DNA from: a virus
Reading direction: 5' to 3' (one strand)
IMG/VR virus record: IMGVR_UViG_3300020185_000011
Length of the DNA: 64,000 nucleotides
Shown: piece after piece, positions 9,305 through 18,769 of the stretch
How positions within the stretch are numbered: position 1 is the first letter of the stretch
How the letters are laid out: every line of letters starts with the position of its first letter
Made by a program: the position numbers and the translations under genes
Notes under the pieces: generated by a model
The model's input: only the letters and a program-made list of their open reading frames with translations
Database searches by the model: none
What the model was told of the DNA's origin: nothing

Positions 9305-10213
9305 GTGAAGAATTTATGGATGGTGGGACTACTGGTCTTGCTCATCAGCGGGTGTGCTGCTATACCAAGCATGACGGATTCCTGTACATCATTGGTTATG
9401 GAACGAGTAGGTGAATGTGTCGAAATGGCAGAAGTAGTAAATATACCTACGTATCAAGAACTTGCAGACTTACCACCTGCTGACAATATGCCAGTAGTTG
9501 CAGTGTATGGGTTCTTAGATAAGACAGGACAAAGGAAGAGAATGGATAACATCGCATCATTCTCTACTGCAGTCACACAAGGTGCAGAATCATTTTTAAT
9601 TGATGCACTTAAGACTGCTGGAAAAGGTAAATGGTTTAGAGTAGTGGAACGTACAAGTTTAGACGCACTTGTAAGAGAGAGACAAATCATTCGTTCTACT
9701 AGAGAAGACTTTGCAAGACAGGAAGGTAATGAGGATGCTCCAACAGGCATTCAACCTCTCTTGTTTGCTGGTATCCTACTTGACGGTGGGATAATTGGTT
9801 ATGATACAAACATTGAAAGTGGTGGACGAGGCGCAAGATACTTAGGTATTGGTTCAAGTGTTTCCTATCGTAGAGATGTTGTCACAGTATCGTTGAGGGG
9901 AATATCAACTTTAACTGGTGAAATTTTACTCAATGTACAGACTACAAAGACGATTTTAAGTACAGGTGGTGGTTATGATGTATTCCGCTTCGTGGATATG
10001 GATACGAAGTTAGTGGAAATGGAAGACGGTATAGCAGCGAATGAAGGAGTTACGAAAGCAACTCGTTCTGCAATTGAGCTTGCTGTCTTAGAACTAATAT
10101 ACCAAGGACACGATAGAGGTTTTTGGGTAATTAAAGATGGACATCGTCATCCTCATGGAACACATGGGAGAAACGAATTACATCAAATAGAGGATAAACA
10201 AAATGAAGAATAA
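9305..10213 (+). CDS. csgG: curli secretion channel lipoprotein CsgG
   Basis: Lipobox LISGC; VAVYGFLDKTGQRK, FSTAVTQGA, WFRVVER..L..LVRERQIIR, GGIIGYDTN. Confidence 0.93.
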   Translation: MKNLWMVGLLVLLISGCAAIPSMTDSCTSLVMERVGECVEMAEVVNIPTYQELADLPPADNMPVVAVYGFLDKTGQRKRMDNIASFSTAVTQGAESFLIDALKTAGKGKWFRVVERTSLDALVRERQIIRSTREDFARQEGNEDAPTGIQPLLFAGILLDGGIIGYDTNIESGGRGARYLGIGSSVSYRRDVVTVSLRGISTLTGEILLNVQTTKTILSTGGGYDVFRFVDMDTKLVEMEDGIAANEGVTKATRSAIELAVLELIYQGHDRGFWVIKDGHRHPHGTHGRNELHQIEDKQNEE

Positions 10214-10934
10214 ATTATTCATTACATTATGTTTAACATTAGGGTTTTCTACTACAGCATTTGCTGGAGCAGACGACAATGAAATATGGTTGAATCAAAG
10301 CGGTACTGGTTTAGTATTAGATTTTACACAGAAAGGTTATGGAAACAAAGTTGGTCTAGATGATTTCTCGGGAACATCTGCTGATATGGTTTTAACTGGT
10401 GCATCTAATACGTTTACACTTGTCCAATTTGGAGACAATAACAAACTATACGGGCCTATGATTGCTGACTCAGCAACTATAAACCTTACCTTCACTGGTG
10501 ATTCAAATGTCATGGACTGGAACGTAGGATATGTTGGTAGTGCAGATAACTTAAATATGTTAGGAACTGTTACAGGTGATTCAAACACATTCGATATTGA
10601 TGTCGGATATGATGCATCTGCAGAATATCTTAACTGGGATTTAGCACTTACTGGTGACTCAAACGTATTCACTACTAAGATAGATAGTGACAATGCTGTT
10701 TGGAATTGGACTGTTACAGGTTCATCGAATGACATTAACACCAATCAATCAGATGCAACCGATAATAAAATCACAGCAATCTTAACTGGTTCAAGTAATG
10801 ATATAGACATCATTCAGAAATCGGGTTCAGATGCTGGTTGTCCAACTGGTCAATCATGTAGTGGTATTATCGATGTAACTTTCGTGACTTCTAATGCAGA
10901 TATTGACATCGTTCAGCAAGACTCTAACGATTAA
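10203..10934 (+). CDS. secreted curlin-like beta-solenoid repeat protein
   Basis: Signal peptide; repeated (Q/T)-x-G-x-x-N units (TQKGYGN, VQFGDNN, TGDSN x3, TGSSN x2); follows csgG. Confidence 0.75.
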   Translation: MKNKLFITLCLTLGFSTTAFAGADDNEIWLNQSGTGLVLDFTQKGYGNKVGLDDFSGTSADMVLTGASNTFTLVQFGDNNKLYGPMIADSATINLTFTGDSNVMDWNVGYVGSADNLNMLGTVTGDSNTFDIDVGYDASAEYLNWDLALTGDSNVFTTKIDSDNAVWNWTVTGSSNDINTNQSDATDNKITAILTGSSNDIDIIQKSGSDAGCPTGQSCSGIIDVTFVTSNADIDIVQQDSND

Positions 10935-12021
10935 TCTTTTACTTATTGGTTCACTTCAAGGTGAACCAATAGGTGAGATTACAGAACAAACAGGATACGC
11001 TGGGTTGCAGAGGGACGGTGAGAACACCGTCATCTCAGCGTCATATCTACCCGAAGTGCTAATGTATGATACAGCACAAACACAAAATGGGAGAATGAAA
11101 ATTCAGTTCCTTGGAGACGAGGAATTGGATTTAACAGAACACTCCAAGGTTTGGATAGACGAGGTTTACTATGACCCCGACCCATCCAAGTCCAAGATGG
11201 CCATAAGAATGGCACAAGGCACCGCTCGATTTGCTTCGGGTTTTGGTGGTAAAATAAACAAAGCGAACATAAATATAACTACACCTACTGCACAGATAAC
11301 AGTTAGAGGCACAGATTTCACAACTAGTATTGATGAAATCGGAAGGTCATTGATAATTCTGCTCCCCGATAAATGGGGTGGGCCCTCGGGAGAAATTGTA
11401 GTAAGTAATGCTGGTGGTTCGGTGACTATGAATGAAGCATATCAGACAACGATGGTTTCGACTTATGATGATTCACCTACAAAACCAGTTGTAGTAAATG
11501 GGATTACACCCAGTCTAATTGACAACTACTTCATTGTGTCCCCACCCGAAGAGGTGCAAGACCAAGTTGCAGAAGAAAGTAGTTCAGAGAATGATAGTAG
11601 TAACATTCTTGATGTAGACTTCCTAGAGTTTAACGACTTAGAGGAAGATTACTTCGAAGATGATGAACTAGAATATACAGAACTCGATAGAGACTTATTA
11701 GATATCGATTTCTTGCAAGATTTACTAGACGTTGTCTTAGAGATTGACCGTAAGGTTGGTATCGATAGAGAACGTGCAGCTTTTGGGTCGGTTCGAATAG
11801 AAGGAACGACCTCGGGGTTTGACAAAGACACTCAATACAATACAATTGTAGATAAGGGTCTTGGTCAAATATGGTTCTACAGGGAAGTGAATGGAATTAT
11901 TTCAATCAAGATTCCCATGTTTGCACAAGCAAGTATTAGAACCGTAACAGACGAAAAAGAGTCATCAATAAGGGTGGGTGATGGTTCGTCTTTAAATATT
12001 ACCATCACGCAAACAAACTAG
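10894..12021 (+). CDS. FecR-domain periplasmic protein
   Basis: LTEHSKVWIDEVYYDP, GTARFASG, ITTPTAQITVRGTDF; acidic C-terminal half. Confidence 0.85.
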   Translation: MQILTSFSKTLTINLLLIGSLQGEPIGEITEQTGYAGLQRDGENTVISASYLPEVLMYDTAQTQNGRMKIQFLGDEELDLTEHSKVWIDEVYYDPDPSKSKMAIRMAQGTARFASGFGGKINKANINITTPTAQITVRGTDFTTSIDEIGRSLIILLPDKWGGPSGEIVVSNAGGSVTMNEAYQTTMVSTYDDSPTKPVVVNGITPSLIDNYFIVSPPEEVQDQVAEESSSENDSSNILDVDFLEFNDLEEDYFEDDELEYTELDRDLLDIDFLQDLLDVVLEIDRKVGIDRERAAFGSVRIEGTTSGFDKDTQYNTIVDKGLGQIWFYREVNGIISIKIPMFAQASIRTVTDEKESSIRVGDGSSLNITITQTN

Positions 12022-12029
12022 GAGAATCT

Positions 12030-12176
12030 ATGAACCTATTAGAAAAATTCCGAGACTGGCATGAAACTCAATTATTTGGATTTCAGAAGGCTCTGCAATT
12101 GGATGACTACCACATGTTGTGGATAGCATTTGCAGAGGGAGTTATCTTATGTTTATTATTTCAATGGTTATTCTAA
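12030..12176 (+). CDS. 48-aa membrane peptide (not in ORF track)
   Basis: MNLLEKFRDWHE...DDYHMLWIAFAEGVILCLLFQWLF; AGGAG RBS. Confidence 0.65.
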   Translation: MNLLEKFRDWHETQLFGFQKALQLDDYHMLWIAFAEGVILCLLFQWLF

Positions 12177-12195
12177 TAAGAGAATTTGAAGAATT

Positions 12196-12834
12196 ATGAA
12201 AAAATTTTTATTATTAACTTTATTGATAAGCTTGCCGACATGGGCAGACGAAAATCATGTCCATGTTGAGCAGGTTGCAAGTGGAGATGTAGACCTTAAC
12301 ATAACACAAAAAGGTTATGATAATGAAATTAAGTTTACATTTGCACATAGTGGAAACACATTCAATCTATTGCAAACAGGAAATGGAAACTCTATTTCTT
12401 GGGTCTCTTACTGGGGGCCAGGAAAGTCTTGGGGTGGTGATGTAGACGGGACTAACAATACTGAAAACGTAGAACAAAGTGGTGGTGCAACATATGGTAG
12501 ACACATATGGGGAAACAGTAACACAGTAGATGTATACCAAAGTGGAACACATACACATAACATAGACGTTCACTCAAATTCAGTAGACCACGAAATACAT
12601 CAGTCGGGTAGTGGTTCACACTATGCACACACTTATTTCTATGGAAGTGCAACAGGTTCAGATAGTAGTATTATGCAGAAAGGCTCAGGAAGTCACAATG
12701 CACAAATTACATTACAAGGAAGTTATCCAACAACACTAAATCTTTTACAAGAAGGTTCAACAAACAAATCATATACACTAACACAAAATTGTCAAACAAC
12801 TACTGGTTGTTCAGTATCGGTGACACAGGAATGA
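12196..12834 (+). CDS. second curlin-like repeat protein (His-rich)
   Basis: Signal peptide; QxG repeats (TQKGYDN, LQTGNGN, YQSG, HQSGSGSH, MQKGSGSH, LQEG); C-terminal CQTTTGCSVSVTQ. Confidence 0.75.
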   Translation: MKKFLLLTLLISLPTWADENHVHVEQVASGDVDLNITQKGYDNEIKFTFAHSGNTFNLLQTGNGNSISWVSYWGPGKSWGGDVDGTNNTENVEQSGGATYGRHIWGNSNTVDVYQSGTHTHNIDVHSNSVDHEIHQSGSGSHYAHTYFYGSATGSDSSIMQKGSGSHNAQITLQGSYPTTLNLLQEGSTNKSYTLTQNCQTTTGCSVSVTQE

Positions 12835-13100
12835 ACTCAGAATGCCCACCCGAGTTTTACGAGTGTTATACTGAAGAACAGTTTAATGAGATATTAGACC
12901 TCTTTGAAGAGAATGAAATTGTAATGCCTGAAACACTTGAACCTTTGGGTGACGTTGAGGCAGCTATAAACTTTGGTTGGGAAGTTCTTTTTTTATCACC
13001 ATGGGAACTTGCGTACATAGCATTGCCTATGTCTGTACTTGCATTCTATGGACTATCTATCTATACAGTCTTTAAATGGGTACAGAAGAAATTCTCATAA
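12831..13100 (+). CDS. small membrane protein
   Basis: Acidic N-terminus, C-terminal TM; ATGA-coupled to the curlin gene. Confidence 0.6.
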   Translation: MNSECPPEFYECYTEEQFNEILDLFEENEIVMPETLEPLGDVEAAINFGWEVLFLSPWELAYIALPMSVLAFYGLSIYTVFKWVQKKFS

Positions 13101-13101
13101 A

Positions 13102-14943
13102 ATGTTTTCATGGAAATCAGTATTAATAACAATCGTAGCAATCTTTGCTCTAAAGATATGGAATCCTTATTTTGTTGAAAACATCTCATGGTCGTGGTTT
13201 GATTACCTTCACCAACAACAACCTGTAGTTTATGTTGACGATATTATACTTGTTGATATTGATGAGAAGAGTCTTGAGACTTTTGGACAGTATCCTATTC
13301 GCCGTGGTATTTACCGTGACATTCTTCTTAACACTCATTACTCTAACACTCACTTGTTCTCTACTCTTTTTTCGGAAAGTGATAGAGACCCTTCACAAGA
13401 CAATCTATTTGCTGAGGGGTTAGTCAATAGACTTACAATCCTTGGAGCTGCTCCAACATCACAAACTCAAAAAGGTTCTGCACCATTCGTAGGTAACTCT
13501 ACCTTTGGGGGTGGAAATGCAAAAGATTGGTTGTGGAATTTTACTGGAATTGTGTCGCCCATCGCGATGCTGATGGGGAATACTTATGGAGTCGGAGTTG
13601 TGACGGCTACTCCAGCTGTCACTGGAACACCTAATTTCGATGGAACTACGCGGTCTGTACCCCTTATGGTTACGGCAAATGGACAAGTATATCCATCTCT
13701 AGTTTTAGAGACATTACGTGCCTTACGTGACCAGCCTTCTTATCAAACTAAGATTACACCCGAAGCTGGAGTTGAATGGGTTAGAATGGGGAGAGACAAA
13801 CCTATTACAACAACTCCAACTTCAGACGTAATGGTTTCCTATTGGAATAAATTCCATAGAATATCTGCAGTTGACCTATCCGAATCTAATTTTGAGAATA
13901 AGATTCTTGTATGGGGTCTGACAGCTGAGGGTTTGAATAATCCAGTTTCAACCCCAAGGGGAGTAATGTATCCCCACGAAGTGCAAGCAAACCTGCTCCA
14001 AACCGTTTTGACAGGAGTTCAAATACAACAATCCTACTATCTTGAATCCTTAGAATCCGTTCTTCTTCTGTTAGTCCTAATAACGATATTGGGTTTGGTC
14101 TACAAAGCTCCCACACTTCTCTCGGGGGTAGGGAGTCTATTGCTTGTAGGATGCCAGATTGGCGGGAGTTATTATATTTGGACTTCAGAGCTCGTTCTTT
14201 TCGATACCTTTTTCTCATCGATTGCCTCCTTAGTGGTATTTGGTCATGCTTCTTTCAACAAATACTACATCACATATCAAGAAAAACAACAAATTAAGAA
14301 GCAGTTCCAAAAGTATTTATCACCCGACATGATTGAAGAGCTCCAAAAAGACCCATCAAAATTGAAGCTTGGTGGAGATAGAAAGGAACTTACCTTCATG
14401 TTTATGGACATCTGTGGGTTCACACCCATAAGCGAACACTACATGAAACAGGACGACCCCGAAGGATTGGTAGAACTAATTAACAAGTTCTTAGATATGC
14501 AGACTAAGATAATCCTAAATAATAATGGAACTATCGACAAGTATATGGGCGACTGTATTATGAGTTTTTGGAATGCACCTTTAGATTGTCCCGACCACGC
14601 CGAGATGGCAGTCAAGTCTGCAGAAGAAATACTAATAGCAACCAAGGAACTCAATGAAGAACTCAAACCACTCGGTCTTCCACCCATTAACGTGGGTATT
14701 GGGATTAATACTGGTGAGTGCATCGTTGGAAATATGGGGTCAGAACTTAGATTTGACTATTCCGTCATTGGAGATGCAGTCAACCTCGGTGCTAGACTTG
14801 AGGGACAAACAAGAAATTATGATGGGGTGGACGTGTTGTTGGGACAAGAAACTTATCTCCAATGTCCAAACAGAACATTCACAAAAGTTGATTCAATTAC
14901 AGTTAAAGGAAAATCAGAACCAGTCGTGGTTTACACTATCTGA
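13102..14943 (+). CDS. CHASE2-domain membrane adenylate cyclase (class III)
   Basis: N-terminal TM, ILVDIDEKSL..G.YP..R CHASE2 start, 3 TMs, FMDICGFT, DKYMGD, GIGINTG, DYSVIGDAVNLGARLE (K/D ATP-specifying residues). Confidence 0.92.
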   Translation: MFSWKSVLITIVAIFALKIWNPYFVENISWSWFDYLHQQQPVVYVDDIILVDIDEKSLETFGQYPIRRGIYRDILLNTHYSNTHLFSTLFSESDRDPSQDNLFAEGLVNRLTILGAAPTSQTQKGSAPFVGNSTFGGGNAKDWLWNFTGIVSPIAMLMGNTYGVGVVTATPAVTGTPNFDGTTRSVPLMVTANGQVYPSLVLETLRALRDQPSYQTKITPEAGVEWVRMGRDKPITTTPTSDVMVSYWNKFHRISAVDLSESNFENKILVWGLTAEGLNNPVSTPRGVMYPHEVQANLLQTVLTGVQIQQSYYLESLESVLLLLVLITILGLVYKAPTLLSGVGSLLLVGCQIGGSYYIWTSELVLFDTFFSSIASLVVFGHASFNKYYITYQEKQQIKKQFQKYLSPDMIEELQKDPSKLKLGGDRKELTFMFMDICGFTPISEHYMKQDDPEGLVELINKFLDMQTKIILNNNGTIDKYMGDCIMSFWNAPLDCPDHAEMAVKSAEEILIATKELNEELKPLGLPPINVGIGINTGECIVGNMGSELRFDYSVIGDAVNLGARLEGQTRNYDGVDVLLGQETYLQCPNRTFTKVDSITVKGKSEPVVVYTI

Positions 14944-15247
14944 ACAACCTAGTAATCTTCAGTGGGCTGCATTCATATCACTTCAATTTGCAGATATCTA
15001 TACCACATATCGTGGTCTCAAATACAGTTGTGTCAAAGAACTAAATCCTTTTCTTGGTGAATCACCTTCAGTTCCACAAATGTTTGCATTTAAGATTGCA
15101 GTTCTCATTCCTGCTATAAACTCAGATATTAAAAATGAGAGGGTAACACCATACGTTATGAATCAGATGAACTTCTTAATGTCTATGGTGATTGCAAGTA
15201 ATCTTGATATATTGAAAGATGCAAAAGAAAGATGCAGAAAATTCTAA
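14654..15247 (+). CDS. membrane protein (DUF5658-like); start uncertain, overlaps cyclase 3' end
   Basis: LQFADIYTTYRGL....ELNPFLG motif; the in-frame ATGs that precede this domain lie inside the cyclase gene (14654, 14774, 14819). Confidence 0.55.
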   Translation: MKNSNHSVFHPLTWVLGLILVSASLEIWGQNLDLTIPSLEMQSTSVLDLRDKQEIMMGWTCCWDKKLISNVQTEHSQKLIQLQLKENQNQSWFTLSEQPSNLQWAAFISLQFADIYTTYRGLKYSCVKELNPFLGESPSVPQMFAFKIAVLIPAINSDIKNERVTPYVMNQMNFLMSMVIASNLDILKDAKERCRKF

Positions 15248-15253
15248 AAACCC

Positions 15254-15303
15254 CTTGAAATTTTAGAAAAAACCCATATAATAGTAGTATGGTGTTATAA
15301 ATA
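15254..15303 (+). promoter_or_regulatory. stacked sigma32-like, sigma70-like and late promoters upstream of hsp20
   Basis: CTTGAAA 15254-15260 / CCCATAT 15273-15279; TATAAT 15277-15282; TATAAATA 15296-15303. Confidence 0.65.
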
Positions 15304-15362
15304 CCATTGTAATGCTCATTAGAGGTTACACATTATAACTTGCTTAATATAAGGAGAAAACT

Positions 15363-15791
15363 ATGACACATTTCAATGATGTCTTCGGAAAATTCACAAC
15401 AGAATTTCCATTCGCAATCGGGTTCGACAGAACTCTTCAACTATTAGAACGTGCAGATGTACAATCTAATTCTAACTATCCACCTTACAATATTGTAAAA
15501 GTAGATGAGGAAAACTTCCAAATTGAACTTGCAGTTGCTGGATTCAATAAGAAAGAAATTTCAATCTCAAAAGAGAAAGAAGTTCTTATCGTTATGGGTA
15601 ATCAGAAAGACCAAGGAAATGCAAGGGAGTTCGTCCATCAAGGACTTTCTTCTAGAAATTTCACTAGAAAGTTTACACTAGCAGACGACATTGTCGTTAA
15701 AGGTGCAGACATGAAGGATGGTATTCTAAGCGTATCACTTGAGAGAGTAATACCCGAAGAAGATAAACCTCAAGAAATCAAAATTTCATAA
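15363..15791 (+). CDS. hsp20: small heat-shock protein Hsp20 (IbpA-like)
   Basis: NYPPYNIVK, IELAVAGF, F.R.F.LAD, DGILSV. Confidence 0.95.
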   Translation: MTHFNDVFGKFTTEFPFAIGFDRTLQLLERADVQSNSNYPPYNIVKVDEENFQIELAVAGFNKKEISISKEKEVLIVMGNQKDQGNAREFVHQGLSSRNFTRKFTLADDIVVKGADMKDGILSVSLERVIPEEDKPQEIKIS

Positions 15792-15862
15792 GAAAGCCTA
15801 TATACAGATACACCTGTTTGTAATATAATAGGTGTATCTATTAAAATGGAGTATAGATTATT

Positions 15863-16390
15863 ATGACAGAAGAAGTAACAATGGGGTTAGAAATTATTGA
15901 AGGGGAAACTAGAGTACCCGAAGTAATCCTACCACAGAGAGTCGGTGGTGAATTTGTAACACTAGACACCCAACAACAGTTTGCTGGTAAAAGAGTGATT
16001 GTATTTGGATTGCCTGGCGCATTTACACCAACATGTTCAACTCAACAACTGCCTGGCTTTGATGAGAACTTTGAGAAGTTCCAAGAGAAAGGTATTGATG
16101 AGATTTACTGTGTATCAGTTAACGATACATTCGTAATGAACTCATGGTTCGAATCATTAGGTATCAAAAATGTTTACCCTCTTCCCGATGGTAACGGTGA
16201 GTTCACTCACTTAATTGGTGCAGAATGTTCTAAATCAAATCTTGGTTTCGGATACAGGTCTTGGAGATATGCAGCTGTAGTTAACGATGGAGTAATTGAA
16301 AAAATCTTTATCGAAGACGGTTACACTGATAATGCTGAGTCCGACCCTTACGAGGTTTCAACACCCGAAAATGTATTAGAAAATCTTTAA
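15863..16390 (+). CDS. peroxiredoxin (Prx5/redoxin family)
   Basis: LPGAFTPTCS, CVSVNDTFVM, PDGNGEFT, RSWRYA. Confidence 0.93.
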   Translation: MTEEVTMGLEIIEGETRVPEVILPQRVGGEFVTLDTQQQFAGKRVIVFGLPGAFTPTCSTQQLPGFDENFEKFQEKGIDEIYCVSVNDTFVMNSWFESLGIKNVYPLPDGNGEFTHLIGAECSKSNLGFGYRSWRYAAVVNDGVIEKIFIEDGYTDNAESDPYEVSTPENVLENL

Positions 16391-16398
16391 GAAACACC

Positions 16399-16428
16399 TT
16401 GACAGCGTTGTGCTAAATATAGTATAAT
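16399..16428 (+). promoter_or_regulatory. sigma70-type promoter of the methyltransferase-TET operon
   Basis: TTGACA 16399-16404, 18 nt, TATAAT 16423-16428, ATG 16435. Confidence 0.8.
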
Positions 16429-16434
16429 GGAGTC

Positions 16435-17712
16435 ATGATGAGTGATAATAAATATTTTCAATACAACCTAGAAGACCTTCACCGAAACAGTGAAAGTAAA
16501 CAGTTTAACTACATTACTTTCTTTGCTGGTGGTGGGGGTTCTTCATGTGGTTACAAACTAGCTGGTGGTGATGTAAAATACATGAATGAATTTCAACAGA
16601 TTCATGTCGACACCTACCTAGAAAATTTCCCTAATACAGTTCATGAATGTAGAGACATCAAAGAAGTCACTGCAGAAGGAATCATGGAGCTGACTGGACT
16701 TAAAAAATACGAATTAGATATCATGGATGGGTCACCACCTTGTCCACCATTTTCTATGGCAGGTTCCAAGAAAGAAGGATGGAACCAAGAGAAGATGGCA
16801 TATGGTATGAAACAACAGAACATCGAAGACCTTACATGGGAAATGATTAGGATTGCCGAAGGGTTGATGCCTAAAGTTATAGTATGTGAGAACGTGAAGG
16901 GTCTCTCGATGGACTATGCAAGAGACCATCTAAACAAGATGGTAAATGATTTTGAAGCACTAGGATACTCAGTGACTTGGAAAATCATGAAGGGACATGA
17001 ACATGGTGTTCCACAAAAAAGAGAAAGAGTATTCATGGTTGGTGTACGTGATGATGTACTTGAAGGTATTGGAATGCCTTGGATGTGTATGTCTTCAGTC
17101 TTCCCCGACCCAGTTAAAGAATTTGCATCCATTGAAGATGCAATTCAAGATTTAGAAACCGATGAAGAGAACATCAAGGATGCAGCTTATCTAGAAACTG
17201 CAATGAACGAATCTTCAAAGGGACATTGGGTAAATGGTTTCGAACAACATCCCGATGAGAAGTTCAAGGATTGTGGCCCATGTGGTGGAGTTACTCCTGT
17301 ACTACATGAGAGAGACAATCAAGCATATGTTTCTATTGGAGACCATATTGTTAAACCTTGGTTTCAAGAACAGATTAAGAACGGACACGTACAACCCGAA
17401 GATGAAAAACATTCTTACTACATGTCAAGAATTGTTCCTAAACATCTACCAGCTCACTCATTGACTGAACAGGGTTGTCAACCAAAATTTATGGGTGGTA
17501 ATCATTTCCACCATGGTGGTAAGAGAATCTACACACCAAAAGAAATGGTGAGATTAATGACTCTACCAAATGATTATAAAATGACTGGTGATTACAACGA
17601 CAAGGGTGCAAGAATTGGATTGATGGTAGCACCACTATGTATGTACTACTTAGTTGAAAACATCAAAGGACAAATATTAGAACCATGGAATTCACTGCAA
17701 CAAAAGACTTAG
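16435..17712 (+). CDS. C5 DNA cytosine methyltransferase
   Basis: Motif I FFAGGGG, IV GSPPCPPFS, VI ENV, VIII PQKRERVF. Confidence 0.93.
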   Translation: MMSDNKYFQYNLEDLHRNSESKQFNYITFFAGGGGSSCGYKLAGGDVKYMNEFQQIHVDTYLENFPNTVHECRDIKEVTAEGIMELTGLKKYELDIMDGSPPCPPFSMAGSKKEGWNQEKMAYGMKQQNIEDLTWEMIRIAEGLMPKVIVCENVKGLSMDYARDHLNKMVNDFEALGYSVTWKIMKGHEHGVPQKRERVFMVGVRDDVLEGIGMPWMCMSSVFPDPVKEFASIEDAIQDLETDEENIKDAAYLETAMNESSKGHWVNGFEQHPDEKFKDCGPCGGVTPVLHERDNQAYVSIGDHIVKPWFQEQIKNGHVQPEDEKHSYYMSRIVPKHLPAHSLTEQGCQPKFMGGNHFHHGGKRIYTPKEMVRLMTLPNDYKMTGDYNDKGARIGLMVAPLCMYYLVENIKGQILEPWNSLQQKT

Positions 17713-18686
17713 GATTTAAAGAAACATTTAAGAAATGGAACGGTAAGTATCTTACTGAAGATTCTTATGACACTGTTATCTCATCCATTGGTGTAGAAGA
17801 TGATACTATTAAAATATACAAACCTCATGGTACACTCATGGGGGAAACTTTACTTGCATGTATAGTAAAGAAAGCATACAAAGGTAAAACTTATAGAACA
17901 GTTAAAGACACTTTGTTCTCTATAGATGATACATCTACAATGAGAGCAAATGCAGCCGGGCCTATCGACCACGAAGAAATGAAAGCAAAAGGATTAATCG
18001 AAGGTAAAGACTATGTCCTAAGAACTCCAAACAGTTATTATCCATTAAAGAAGAACGGTGAGTTCAATCGTATTGCAGAAGCAAATGAGATTCATTCAGT
18101 TCTAATCGGGTATAAACGTGGCAGATTCACAGGAATGATTAAGGCAAGTGGTTGGATGGATAAGAAAGCAAACAAAGAAAAGTTTGAAACCCTTCAACAG
18201 ATTGCACAAGTAAATGAACAAGCATTAAAGACTGCAGTTCCCGAGATATGGAAGATGCAAAGAACATTTGCAGATGAATGTATAGAAGAGAAATACCATA
18301 TTGGTGGAGCTCCTATGACAGCGTTATCTGCAAACAAATATTCAACTGGTGGGACTGCAAAGATGTCTGCACATTTGGATGGTAAAGATTTAGAGTTCGG
18401 AATGACAACTATGTGTGTCTTCCGTATTGGAGAATTTGGGGGTGCATACTTATGTTTCCCTAGATATGGTATTGCTATTGAAGCAGATGATGGAGACGTA
18501 CTGATTGCAGATTCAAATGAATTGCACGGTGTATCACCTATCACTGGTGAAGGAGTAAGGTTATCATGTGTTGCATATTGTGATGAACATGTTGCAACTA
18601 AAGGGAGAGCTGGAAAGACTGAGAATCCTATCGGCCCTCATGCTGGAAAGTATGAGGAGAAAGGTTCACTTGACAGCTTTTTCTAG
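17685..18686 (+). CDS. TET/JBP-family 5-methylpyrimidine dioxygenase
   Basis: HLD (HxD), GGAYLCFPRYGIAI, ELHGVSPI, RLSCVAY; overlaps the C5-MTase by 28 nt. Confidence 0.85.
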   Translation: MEFTATKDLGFKETFKKWNGKYLTEDSYDTVISSIGVEDDTIKIYKPHGTLMGETLLACIVKKAYKGKTYRTVKDTLFSIDDTSTMRANAAGPIDHEEMKAKGLIEGKDYVLRTPNSYYPLKKNGEFNRIAEANEIHSVLIGYKRGRFTGMIKASGWMDKKANKEKFETLQQIAQVNEQALKTAVPEIWKMQRTFADECIEEKYHIGGAPMTALSANKYSTGGTAKMSAHLDGKDLEFGMTTMCVFRIGEFGGAYLCFPRYGIAIEADDGDVLIADSNELHGVSPITGEGVRLSCVAYCDEHVATKGRAGKTENPIGPHAGKYEEKGSLDSFF

Positions 18687-18769
18687 ACCTAAATAATAAT
18701 GTATCAACTGGAACGTTTCCTTTTGGACATCAAACGTCAAATCATATCCCCGTGGGATAAGGAGTAAAA

